A DNA stretch of 64,000 bases from an uncultured Gemmatimonadales bacterium (GTDB lineage: Bacteria; Gemmatimonadota; Gemmatimonadetes; Gemmatimonadales; GWC2-71-9). Positions 1 through 8,933 of the stretch are shown piece after piece (position 1 is the stretch's first letter; every line of letters begins with the position of its first letter). The stretch covers positions 1-64,000 of the forward strand of contig CAVYSW010000010.1 of assembly GCA_963771275.1 (NCBI GenBank). Direction: 5' to 3'. The notes beneath the pieces are model-generated. The model was not told the origin of the DNA, made no database searches, and saw nothing but the letters and a program-made list of their open reading frames with translations. The position numbers and the translations under genes are program-made.

Positions 1-389
1 TCAGCGATACGGTATGCGTACGCTTCGACGTATTGCTAGACCGTCACGCTGAGCGCCAACCCGAGGCACCCGGTCTTCGACGGGTCGAACATCTGGGTGC
101 CCAACAACGGCTCGAACTCCGCTGTCGGTCGTGCGGGCCTCGAACGGCAGCCGTTCTCGCGACTCTGACGGGCAACGGGCTGAACGTCCCGATCGCCGCG
201 GCCTTCGACGGCCAGCGCGTCCTGGTCACGAACGCCAACGACAGCGTCTCGCTCTGGAAGGCGGCGGACCTGACGCCGCTCGGCTCCTTCTCGATCGGCG
301 CCGGACACGACGCCGCTGCGGCGCCTGCAGCGACGGGTCAACTTCTGGGTCGCCGCTTAACGAGCTCGAACCAGCTCGCGCGGTTCTGA
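1..389 (+). CDS. C-terminal part of a YncE/NHL-like beta-propeller protein (SLH-propeller family paralog), 5'-truncated, with indels
   Basis: AAFDGQRVLVTN...DSVSLWKAADLTPLGSFS...NQLARF* is near-identical to the end of the next gene; repeated FDG-x-x-IW blades. Confidence 0.7.
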   Translation, partial: SDTVCVRFDVLLDRHAERQPEAPGLRRVEHLGAQQRLELRCRSCGPRTAAVLATLTGNGLNVPIAAAFDGQRVLVTNANDSVSLWKAADLTPLGSFSIGAGHDAAAAPAATGQLLGRRLTSSNQLARF

Positions 390-408
390 GGGGAGACCGG
401 AGGATCGG

Positions 409-1602
409 ATGAGCTCTAGCTTCCAGGAAGGCTTCGCGCCTCGCGGCGTCGTCGCCTTGCTCTCGCGGTCGCCGGCTCTTCGGCGGCGCGGGAGCGCGCT
501 CCTCGGCGTCTGCGGCCCCTTCACCGACGTCACGGACGCCGCTCTTCTGCCCGTTCGTGCTCGAGATCTTCACGCTCGGGATCACGACCGGGACGACGCC
601 GACGACCTACGACCCGACGAGCACCGTCACGCGCCTCCAGATGGCGGCGTTTCTCTCGCGCACGGTGGACGGCGTCCTGAAGCGCGGCAGCCGCCGGGCG
701 GCGCTCGACCAGTTCTGGACGCCGCAGAACGCGGCGGTCCTCGGCCTGACGACGGTCGGGCGCCACTCCGCAGCTCGTCGCGTCCGACGGGGCGGACCTC
801 TGGGTCGCCGAACTTCGGCGGCGCACGCGTCTCGCGCGTGCGCGCGAGCGACGGCAAGCTGCTCGAGACCTGGACGGGAGCGACCGACGCGCGTCGGCGT
901 GCTCGTCGGCGATGGGACGGGTCTTCGTGACGGGCAGACACGAGCCCGGGCAGCTCTACCGGATCGACCCGAGCCAGCCGCGCCGGGAGCCGTCACGACG
1001 GTCGCGAGCAACCTCGGGACGACCTCCGACGGGATCGCCTTCGACGGCGCGCGGATCTGGACGGCGAACACGGGCGCCGGCTCCGTCTCGATCGTGACGC
1101 CGGGCGCGACGATTCCCTGGACCGTCACGACCGTCACGGCCGGATTCGCGCATCCGCTCGGCGTCGCTCTACGACGGCGCGAACGTCTGGATCACGGACA
1201 GGCGCCGGGCACTCTTCTGAAGCTCGACTCGGCCGGCGCGATCCTCCAGACGGTGACCGTCGGCTCCGCCCCGCGCTCCCCGTCTTCGACGGCGCGAACA
1301 TCTGGGTGCCCGAACAGCGGCGTCCGATCGCGTCTCGGTCGTCCGCGCCTCCAACGGCGCGGTCCTGGCGACGCTGACGGGCAACGGTCTGAGCGAGCCC
1401 CGATCGGCGCGGCGTTCGACGGGCAGCGCGTCCTCGTCACGAACCTCGGCGGCGACAGCGTCTCGCTCTGGAAGGCGGCGGACCTGACGCCGCTCGGATC
1501 CTTCTCGACCGGGACCGGGCACGCATCCCGTCGGCGCCTGCAGCGACGGCGTCAACTTCTGGATCACCCTGGCCGGGCACGCACCAGCTCGCGCGGTTCT
1601 GA
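409..1602 (+). CDS. Secreted S-layer-homology (SLH) domain plus beta-propeller protein, frameshifted in this sequence
   Basis: SD GGAGG before ATG 409; CGPFTDV...VLEIFTLGITTGTTPTTYDPTSTVTRLQMAAFLSR is SLH-like; repeated FDGARIW/FDGANVW/FDGQRVL blades spread over several frames; ends QLARF TGA 1600-1602. Confidence 0.7.
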
Positions 1603-1729
1603 AACGCCCGCCGGGGCGAGAACAACGGTTCGCGGCGCGGGGCCGTACATTCTTCAGTGAAGCGCAGGTCAGGCCGGTCCGATCGGCCGAATTTGAGGAA
1701 TTGACACGCTCCCTGGAAAGGAGGATCTC

Positions 1730-2152
1730 ATGAAGAGGAAGTCCCTGCTGGCTCTTCTCGTCGCCGCGGCTGTCGCGGCTCCTGCCGCCCAGGCCATGTT
1801 CCTCGGAAAGGCGTTCACCCTCGCGCCCGACTTCACGTGGAAGCTGGAGGTGAGCCCTTCGGCCGGGAACGGGTCCGGCACGGCCGTCACGATATTGGAG
1901 GTCCGGGGGACCACCCTGGCAGTCCTCGACAAGCTCGCGGTCGCGGAGGGGGCGTCGGTCAGCCGCTCGTACAAGGCTGTGACCAAAAGCGTCGGCCGGA
2001 TCATCATCACGTTCGACCAGCCGAATCAGGCCAGCATGACGTTGGTCAGAATCACGCAGGACAATCCGTCCAGCACGTTCGGTTCTTCCAACAAGTTCGA
2101 ATTGCCGGTCATCGGAGATCACGCCGAATGGGTGATCGACGTCGCGCCCTGA
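1730..2152 (+). CDS. Hypothetical secreted beta-rich protein (140 aa)
   Basis: SD AGGAGG; signal peptide MKRKSLLALLVAAAVAAPAAQA; clean ORF. Confidence 0.75.
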   Translation: MKRKSLLALLVAAAVAAPAAQAMFLGKAFTLAPDFTWKLEVSPSAGNGSGTAVTILEVRGTTLAVLDKLAVAEGASVSRSYKAVTKSVGRIIITFDQPNQASMTLVRITQDNPSSTFGSSNKFELPVIGDHAEWVIDVAP

Positions 2153-2164
2153 CGCGAGGACAGC

Positions 2165-2186
2165 GCCGCCGGGACTTCCCGGCGGC
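2165..2186. terminator. GC-rich hairpin between convergent genes, likely bidirectional terminator
   Basis: GCCGCCGGG-ACTT-CCCGGCGGC perfect 9-bp stem; no long U tract. Confidence 0.5.
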
Positions 2187-2196
2187 ACCGAGATCA

Positions 2197-2370
2197 TCAC
2201 GCGTTGATCGTCTGCTTGCCCTTGTAGTAGCCGCAGTGAGGGCAGACGCGGTGCGGCTGCTTGGGCTCCTTGCAGTTGGGGCACTCCGAGAGGGCCGGCG
2301 GCGTCAGGGCGTCGTGCGCGCGCCGCTTGTCTCGGCGGGCCTTGCTGTGGCGCCGTTTGGGGTTGGGCAT
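2197..2370 (-). CDS. rpmF: 50S ribosomal protein L32 (zinc-binding type)
   Basis: Manual translation MPNPKRRHSKARRDKRRAHDALTPPALSECPNCKEPKQPHRVCPHCGYYKGKQTINA; follows DUF177. Confidence 0.97.
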   Translation of the reverse strand: MPNPKRRHSKARRDKRRAHDALTPPALSECPNCKEPKQPHRVCPHCGYYKGKQTINA

Positions 2371-2377
2371 CGTGGAC

Positions 2378-2905
2378 CTACACTTTCTTGAGGTGTCGCA
2401 GAGCTTCCCACCGCGGGTCGGCCGAGTCGACGGCGCAGCCGCAATCGGCGACGTTCAAGTCTTCGCCGCACCGGGAACAGAGGCCGCGGCAATCGTCCCT
2501 GCAGAGCGGCTTCATCGGCACGGCCATCTGGATCCGCTCCTCGGCGATCGGCGCGACGGGGAGAACGGGCTCATCGTAGAAATACACATCGAAATCGTCG
2601 CCTTCCAGGACGATCTCCTGGCCGGTGACCGGGGCCCGCTTCGTCAGGACGAGGGAGAAGTCCTCCCGCGTCTGGAAGGGGTAGGGAGCCAGGCAGCGGC
2701 TGCACTCGAGCTTGCCCGCGTAGGCGATCCGCGCGTCGAAGAGGAAGCCCTTCTCGATGCGCGAGATCTCCCCCTCGAGGCGGACCGGCGAGACCTCGAG
2801 CAGGGGCTCCCGGTCGAGCCCCGCGGTCGAGAAGAACAGCTCGAACGCGAACGGCACGGGCTCGTCGAGGACCGCGTCCAGAGAGAGGGTGTTGGGCTGC
2901 GTCAT
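2378..2905 (-). CDS. DUF177/YceD family protein
   Basis: CSRCL, PMKPLCRDDCRGLCSRCGEDLN and DPRWEAL motifs; upstream of rpmF. Confidence 0.93.
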   Translation of the reverse strand: MTQPNTLSLDAVLDEPVPFAFELFFSTAGLDREPLLEVSPVRLEGEISRIEKGFLFDARIAYAGKLECSRCLAPYPFQTREDFSLVLTKRAPVTGQEIVLEGDDFDVYFYDEPVLPVAPIAEERIQMAVPMKPLCRDDCRGLCSRCGEDLNVADCGCAVDSADPRWEALRHLKKV

Positions 2906-3003
2906 GGAACCGGGTATTTTATCCGCCGCCGACGGGAGTCAAAGCCGCCGGGGGATCTGTATTGACCCGGTTTGGAAGTCCGTGAATCGGGCTCTCTTGA
3001 GAC

Positions 3004-3232
3004 GCCCCGGCGTCGGGCCGCCTCCCTCGGAGGCACGCTCCGGCCCGGCCGCTACGGGGAGAGTCGGGCCGTCGCTCGTCGCTCAGTCGCAGTCTCATAG
3101 CAGGCGAATGCTGCTCCGATGCTTTGCTCCTTCGCTCAGTCCTCCTCCGGGAGGCGTCCCGCCGCCGGGGCTCGCGGCGAGGCTCAAGCGACAGGGCGAG
3201 CGCCGGAGCCGGCGGCGTCCCGGAGGAGGCCG
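3004..3232. repeat. Structured intergenic repeat: unit A (3004-3171) plus partial inverted unit B (3197-3232)
   Basis: Terminal stem GCCCCGGCG...CGCCGGGGC; shares GGCACGC, CGGGCCGTCGCT.GTCGCTCAGTCGCA, TGCTCCTTCGCTCA and CCTCCTCCGG with 13052-13218. Confidence 0.8.
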
Positions 3233-3320
3233 TCCAGGGCGCAGGCCACGAGCGAGATTGAGAGAATCCGCGCCTTGCCCGAGTGCCAGCGGAGGGTTGT
3301 CAAGCTGATAGCTTCTTTCC

Positions 3321-4436
3321 GTGAAAGTCGCGATCGATGCGCGGGCGCTCCTGCCTCCGGCGACCGGAATCGGCACGTACACGCGCGGCATCGCCGGCGC
3401 CCTCGCCTCGCGCGCCGGCGTCGAGGTGCGCCTCTTCACGCCGCGGCCGCTCCCCGAGTCCGAAGCCCTCGGTCCCTGGAGCGTGGGCGCGGACCGACGC
3501 AGCCCGGGGACGCTCTGGGTCCAGACGACCCTCCCCCGCCGCGCCCGGCAATGGGGGGCCGACGTGCTGCTCGCCGCCTTGACGATCGGCCCGGTGCGCG
3601 GCGGCCTGCCCTTCGTGTCCGTTGTTCATGACCTGACGGCGGTGACGCATCCGGAGTGGCATGCGCTTCGGACGCTCGTGGGCTTCGCGCCCCTGTGGGA
3701 CCGGACCGCCGAGAAGGCCGCCCGCTTCGTCTGCGTCTCGGAGGCGACCGCTCGGGAGTTGGAGCGTGCGCATCCGGAGACGCGGGCGCGGGTGCGCGTC
3801 GTCGCGAACGGCGTGGATCCCGATTTCGCCCCGGCACCGGACGGGCCGGCGCTCGCCGCGACGCGTCGAGCTACGCCGGCGGGCACCGGTACATCCTGTA
3901 CCTGGGCACGCTCGAGCCGCGCAAGAACGTCGAGACTCTCGTCGCCGCCTGCGACCTCCTCTGGAGCCGCGGCGCGCAGGCGCCCGATCTCGTGCTCGCC
4001 GGCGGGCGCCGGCTGGAAGACCTCCGCCCTGTTCGACCGGATCGCGCGCTCGCCGTTCCGGGAGAAGATCCACCTCGCGGGCTACGCCAACCGCGAGGCC
4101 GCCCGGGAGCTCTACCAGGCAGCCGACGTCTTCGTCTATCCCTCGCTCGAGGAAGGCTTCGGTCTTCCCGTCCTCGAGGCCATGGCCTGCGGGATCCCGG
4201 TGGTGGCGTCCACCGCAGAGGCTCTGCGCGAGGTCGCCGGCGGCGCCGCTCTCTTCGCGGAGCCTCGGGACTCCGCCGGGTTCGCGCGCGAGATCGAGCG
4301 CGCCCTGGAGGATCCCGCGACCCGCCGGCGCCTCGCGGCCGCGGGACCGGTGCGCGCGGCCGGGTTCTCCTGGGAGGCCGCCGGGCAGGCCACGGCCGCG
4401 GTTCTCGCGGAGGCCGCCGGGGAGACGCCGCCGTGA
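3321..4436 (+). CDS. Glycosyltransferase family 4 (GT-B), internal compensating indels
   Basis: VAIDAR N-terminus, VVHDL, YLGTLEPRKN (alternate frame), FVYPSLEEGFGLPVLEAMACG. Confidence 0.9.
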   Translation: MKVAIDARALLPPATGIGTYTRGIAGALASRAGVEVRLFTPRPLPESEALGPWSVGADRRSPGTLWVQTTLPRRARQWGADVLLAALTIGPVRGGLPFVSVVHDLTAVTHPEWHALRTLVGFAPLWDRTAEKAARFVCVSEATARELERAHPETRARVRVVANGVDPDFAPAPDGPALAATRRATPAGTGTSCTWARSSRARTSRLSSPPATSSGAAARRRPISCSPAGAGWKTSALFDRIARSPFREKIHLAGYANREAARELYQAADVFVYPSLEEGFGLPVLEAMACGIPVVASTAEALREVAGGAALFAEPRDSAGFAREIERALEDPATRRRLAAAGPVRAAGFSWEAAGQATAAVLAEAAGETPP

Positions 4437-5585
4437 CGCGGATCGGCATCGACGCGCGCAAGTTGAAGGACTACGGGATCGGGTCCTACATCCGCAACCT
4501 TCTCGAAGCGATCGGGAAGCTCCCCGAGTCGGCGCGCCTACCGCTTCCGCGTGTACGCGCACCGCGCCGACAGCGGCGCCCTGCCGGACCTGCCCGACCA
4601 CTTCGAAGTCTTGCACGACGACTCCCGCGGGTTACTCCGTCGCCGAGCTGACACGCTTTGCCTGGAGGCTGATGCGGGACCGGCTCGACCTCTTCCATGC
4701 GACGCACTACGTGCTGCCGCCGCTCTGGAAGACGCGCGCCGTCGTGACGATCCACGACATCATCCACCTGCTCTACCCGCAGTTCCTTCCCAGCCGCGCC
4801 GCACACCTCTACGCGCGCTTCATGATCCGGCGGGCGCTGACGCGCGCCGACCGCATCGTCACCGTTTCGGAGAATACGCGGCGGGACCTGGTGAACTATT
4901 TCGAGATTCCGGCCGCGCGGATCGACGTGATCTACAACGGCGTTTCTCCGCGGTTTCACCCGGACATTCCGCGCGAGGCGAAGCTCCGCGTCGCCGCGAA
5001 GCTCGGGATCACCGCGCCCTATCTCCTCTTCCTCGGCGGCGAGAAGCCGCACAAGAACGTCCAGAACGTCGTCCGGGCGTTCGGCAAGGCGCGCCACGAG
5101 CGGTCGCTCCCGCACACGCTCGTGCTCGCCGGCCCCCTGCCGCCGAACCGGGCCCGCCTGGACGCCCTGATCGCCGCGCTCGAGCTGACCGAGCGCCGTC
5201 CGCCGCCCGGGCGTCGTCGAGGACGCGGACCTGCCCGGCGCTCTTCGCCGGCGCGGAGGCCTTTCTCTACCCGACGCTGTACGAGGGCTTCGGCCTTCCG
5301 GTCGTGGAGGCAATGGCCTGCGGGATCGCCGGTCCTGACCTCGTCGACCTCGGCCCTCCAGGAGATCGCCGGCGGCCACGCGCTGCCTCGTGGACCCGAT
5401 GGACGTGGACGCGATCGCCGCGGGCATCGTGCGCCTGGCCACCGACGACACGCCCGCGCGCGAGTACATCGCGCTCGGCCGGAAGCGCGCCCTCGATTTC
5501 TCCTGGGACAGGGCCGCCCGGCGCACGCTCGAGGTCTACGCCGCCGCCCTGGCCGGGACGGGAAACGGGAAACGGGAAACGATGA
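4433..5585 (+). CDS. Glycosyltransferase family 4, frameshifted; 3' end approximate
   Basis: [51 protein letters not shown] and [14 protein letters not shown] across frames. Confidence 0.85.
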
Positions 5586-5660
5586 GCGGGAAATCGGGCT
5601 CATTCCGCGGACATCTCTTCCCTGGCACTTCGTTTTCCGTTTTCCGTTTGCCGTTTTCCG
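5559..5660. repeat. Inverted pair of heptamer tandem repeats
   Basis: (CGGGAAA)3 at 5559-5579 and (CGTTTTC)-like x4 at 5631-5660. Confidence 0.75.
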
Positions 5661-5673
5661 GCTCCGGTGCTCC

Positions 5674-6797
5674 ATGAGGACGGCCGTCGTCCACGACTGG
5701 CTGAACGGGATGCGGGGAGGCGAGAAGGTCCTCGAGGCCATGCTGCCGCGTCCTGCCCGAGCCGACGATCTTCACGCTGTTTCACGTCGCCGGGCTCGGT
5801 CTCGGCGGAGATCGAGAAGTATCCGATTCGCGCGTCTCGTTCCTGAACCGGCTTCCCTTGGCGCGGCGATCACTACCGGCACTACCTGCTCCCCTTCTTT
5901 CCGGCGCGCGGTCGAGTCGTTCGACCTCTCCGGGCTTCGATCTCGTCGTCTCCTCGTCCCACTGCGTCGCGAAGGGCGCCATCGCGCCGCCGGGCGCTCC
6001 GCATCTCTGCTACTGCCATACGCCCGGTCCGCTACGCCTACGAGCAGTTCGACACCTATTTCCCCGCCGGTCGAACCCGATGGCGCGCGGCGAAGACCCT
6101 CGCCGTCGGCCGCCTGCGCCGCTGGGACCAGAAGACGGCGGGAAGGCCGACCCGCTACCTGGCCAACTCCTCGGCCGTGGCCGAGCGGATCCGCCGTCAC
6201 TATGGCCGGGAGGCGACGGTCTGTCACCCTCCGGTGGACGTGGACTTCTTCCGGCCCGGACCGGAGCGCCGCGAGAGTTTCCTGCTCGCCGTCGGAGCGC
6301 TCGTTCCCTACAAGCGCTACGAGGAGGCGATCGCAGCGGCGCGCCGCACCGGCCGGCCCCTCGTGCTGGTCGGAGGCGGTCCGGAAGGCAAGCGCCTCCG
6401 CGCCCTGGCCGATTCGTCCGTACAGATCGTCGTGAATCGCTCCGCCGAAGAGCTGCGCCGGCTGTACCGGACCTGCGCGTTCTTCGTCCAGCCGGGCGAG
6501 GAAGATTTCGGCATGGCGGCGGTCGAGGCGCTCTCCTGCGGCGCCCCCGTCGTCGCGCTCTCGCGCGGGGGGGCGCGCGACGTCGTGCGCGACGGCGTCA
6601 ACGGCGTTCTCTACGGGCCGGAGGAGCCGGAAGGCCTCGCCGGCGCGGTCGAGCGAGCCGCCCGGATTCGATTCGATTACACTGCGTTGCGCGAGTCGGC
6701 GCTTCCGTTTGCCCGGGAGCGCTTCGAGAGAGAATTCCGGCAGGAGGTCGAAACCCTGCTCCCAAAGAAAGCCGAGGGCGGAGAAGCTGACGGCTGA
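5674..6797 (+). CDS. Glycosyltransferase family 4, frameshifted
   Basis: MRTAVVHDWLNGMRGGEKVLE, SSSHCVAKG, CYCHTP, LVPYKR, EEDFGMAAVEA. Confidence 0.88.
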
Positions 6798-6809
6798 CAG
6801 CTTGATCGA

Positions 6810-8221
6810 ATGATCCAGAAATCCACGCGCCGCATCGCGGCCCTCTTCCTGGTCTCGGACCTCGTCGCGACGCTCGCCGCCCTCCTCGCCGCCTACGCGC
6901 TCCGCTTCCGCGCGGAGATCGTTCCGGTCACGAAGGGCGTTCCCGACGCCGCGACCTACTTCAGGCTCTTTCCGCTGATCGCCGTCCTCTGGCCGATCGT
7001 CTACTACTTCTACGGTCTCTACAGCGTGCGGCGGAACCGTTCGCGGCATCGAGGAGGGGTTCGCCGTCCTCGTGGCCACGGGACTCGCCACGCTCCTGCT
7101 GACCGGGCTCGCGACGTTCTACCGCGGGTTCTCCTACTCGCGCCTCGTCCTGCTCCTCTTCTTCGCCGCCGACGTGCTCTTCGTCTTCGCGGGGCGGACG
7201 GCCATCCGCCGCTACCTCGAGGAGGCGTGGCGCCACGGGTTCGGCGTCCGGCACGTGCTCGTCGTCGGGGCCGGGCGCCTCGGGCGGGCCGTCATCGACA
7301 AGCTCGCCGAACATCCCGAGGCCGGCCTTCGCGCTGTCGCGATGCTGGACGACGATCCGGAGAACCTGGGAACGGCCGTACCGCGGGCGTCCCGGTCGTC
7401 GGCGCGACGGGCGAGGCCGCGGCGGTCGTCGAGCGGCTCGGCGTCGACACGGTCTTCCTGGCGCTTGCCGCTCGACGCCCACCGCACGATGCTCGAAGTC
7501 CTGAAGGAGGTCGGCCGTACGGTCGCCGACGTCCGCGTCGTGCCGGATCTCCTCCAGCACATCACCTTCCGCGCCGGCGTCGAGGACCTCGACGGGCTGC
7601 CGGTCGTTCACCTGACGCAGGTGCCGCTCACGGGGTGGATGAGCCTCGTCAAGCGGACGGTGGACCTCGCCGTATCGAGCGCGGCCCTCGCTCGCGCTCT
7701 CGCCCGTCTTCGCGGCGATCGCGCTGGCGATCCGGCGCGAAGACCGCGGCCCGATCTTCTACCGCCAGCGGCGGATGGGCCTGGACGGCCGGCCCTTCGA
7801 CATCCTGAAGTTCCGGTCGATGGTCCCCGGCGCCGAGGACGAGTCCGGGCCGACCTGGGCCAGTCCCGACGATCCCGCGGCGCACGCGCGTCGGGCCGGC
7901 TCCTGCGCCGCTGGAGCCTGGACGAGCTGCCGCAGCTCGTCAACGTCGTGCGCGGCGAGATGTCCCTCGTCGGCCCGCGCCCGGAGCGGCCCGAGTTCGT
8001 GCGCGAGTTCAAGGAGGAGTTCCCGCAGTACATGCTGCGCCACCGCGTGCGCGCCGGCATGACCGGATGGGCGCAGGTCCACGGCTGGCGCGGCAACACG
8101 AGTCTGACCGAAGCGGATCGAGTACGACCTCTACTACATCGAGAACTGGACGCTCTCGCTCGACGTCAAGATCCTGTGGCTGACCCTGCGCCACGGCCTC
8201 TCGCACCGCAACGCGTATTAG
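6810..8221 (+). CDS. Undecaprenyl-phosphate glucose phosphotransferase (WcaJ-like priming glycosyltransferase), frameshifted
   Basis: N-terminal TM helices, VLVVGAG, KRTVD, KFRSM, SLDELPQLVNVVRGEMSLVGPRPERP, GMTGWAQVHG, YDLYYIENW; TAG 8219-8221. Confidence 0.9.
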
Positions 8222-8252
8222 GGAGTAGCGCGTAGCGACGTCTTACGGGAGC

Positions 8253-8279
8253 AGATCCTTCGCTGCGCTCAGGATGACA
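8253..8279. repeat. REP-like palindromic element
   Basis: AGATCCTTCGCTGCGCTCAGGATGACA, an imperfect palindrome of a widespread intergenic type, between convergent genes. Confidence 0.55.
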
Positions 8280-8439
8280 AGGGGGAGAGCATTGCTCCGT
8301 TCAGTATGCTTCCCTATCGTGCTCCGGTCGCGGCGCGCGAAGTCTCCCAGAGGGGAGGAGGCGCGCGCCGCGGGAGCGAAGCGCCGGAGCGGGATCACGC
8401 CGCCAGGCGTAGATCCCGTGGAGCGCGCGTAGCGACGGT

Positions 8440-8841
8440 TTACGACGGGCCGATCGAGATGAATTTGAAGCTTTGATCGTTGCCGCCCGTCATCACCCGG
8501 AAGCCGACATAGGTCTCGCTGTCGACATAGGCGGTGCCGCTGGAGCCGAGCGGCTGGACGAGGACAGTGGGCATGTCCGTCGAGGAGAAGGTGCCGGAGG
8601 TGTACAACACGACGTAGTTGCCTGCCGACGGGTGAGTCACCGTGAACCCGGCGCCGGAGACGATGGTGCCGTCGAATCGGACCTGGCCGCGTACGACGGC
8701 CAGTTCCTCGGCCGGCGCGACGACGTTGTGATGCGACCCCCCCGCGGGCCTCGCGGACAACCGGGAATCGGAGAAGATCACCATGCCGAGAACGATCGCT
8801 CCCACCACGAGGAGAAGCCTGGACAACGGTCCCCTGCTCAT
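8440..8841 (-). CDS. Hypothetical secreted small beta-strand protein (133 aa)
   Basis: SD GAGGGAG before ATG 8841; signal peptide MSRGPLSRLLLVVGAIVLG; VRGQVRFDGTIVSGAGFTVTHPSAGNYVV. Confidence 0.7.
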   Translation of the reverse strand: MSRGPLSRLLLVVGAIVLGMVIFSDSRLSARPAGGSHHNVVAPAEELAVVRGQVRFDGTIVSGAGFTVTHPSAGNYVVLYTSGTFSSTDMPTVLVQPLGSSGTAYVDSETYVGFRVMTGGNDQSFKFISIGPS

Positions 8842-8933
8842 AACTCCCTCCTTCTCGGCCCTCTCGGACCGAATGATGGGAGCGATGGTATCGCCGGCCC
8901 GGGGGGAGGCGCGCAGAAACTCCCGCAAACGGC

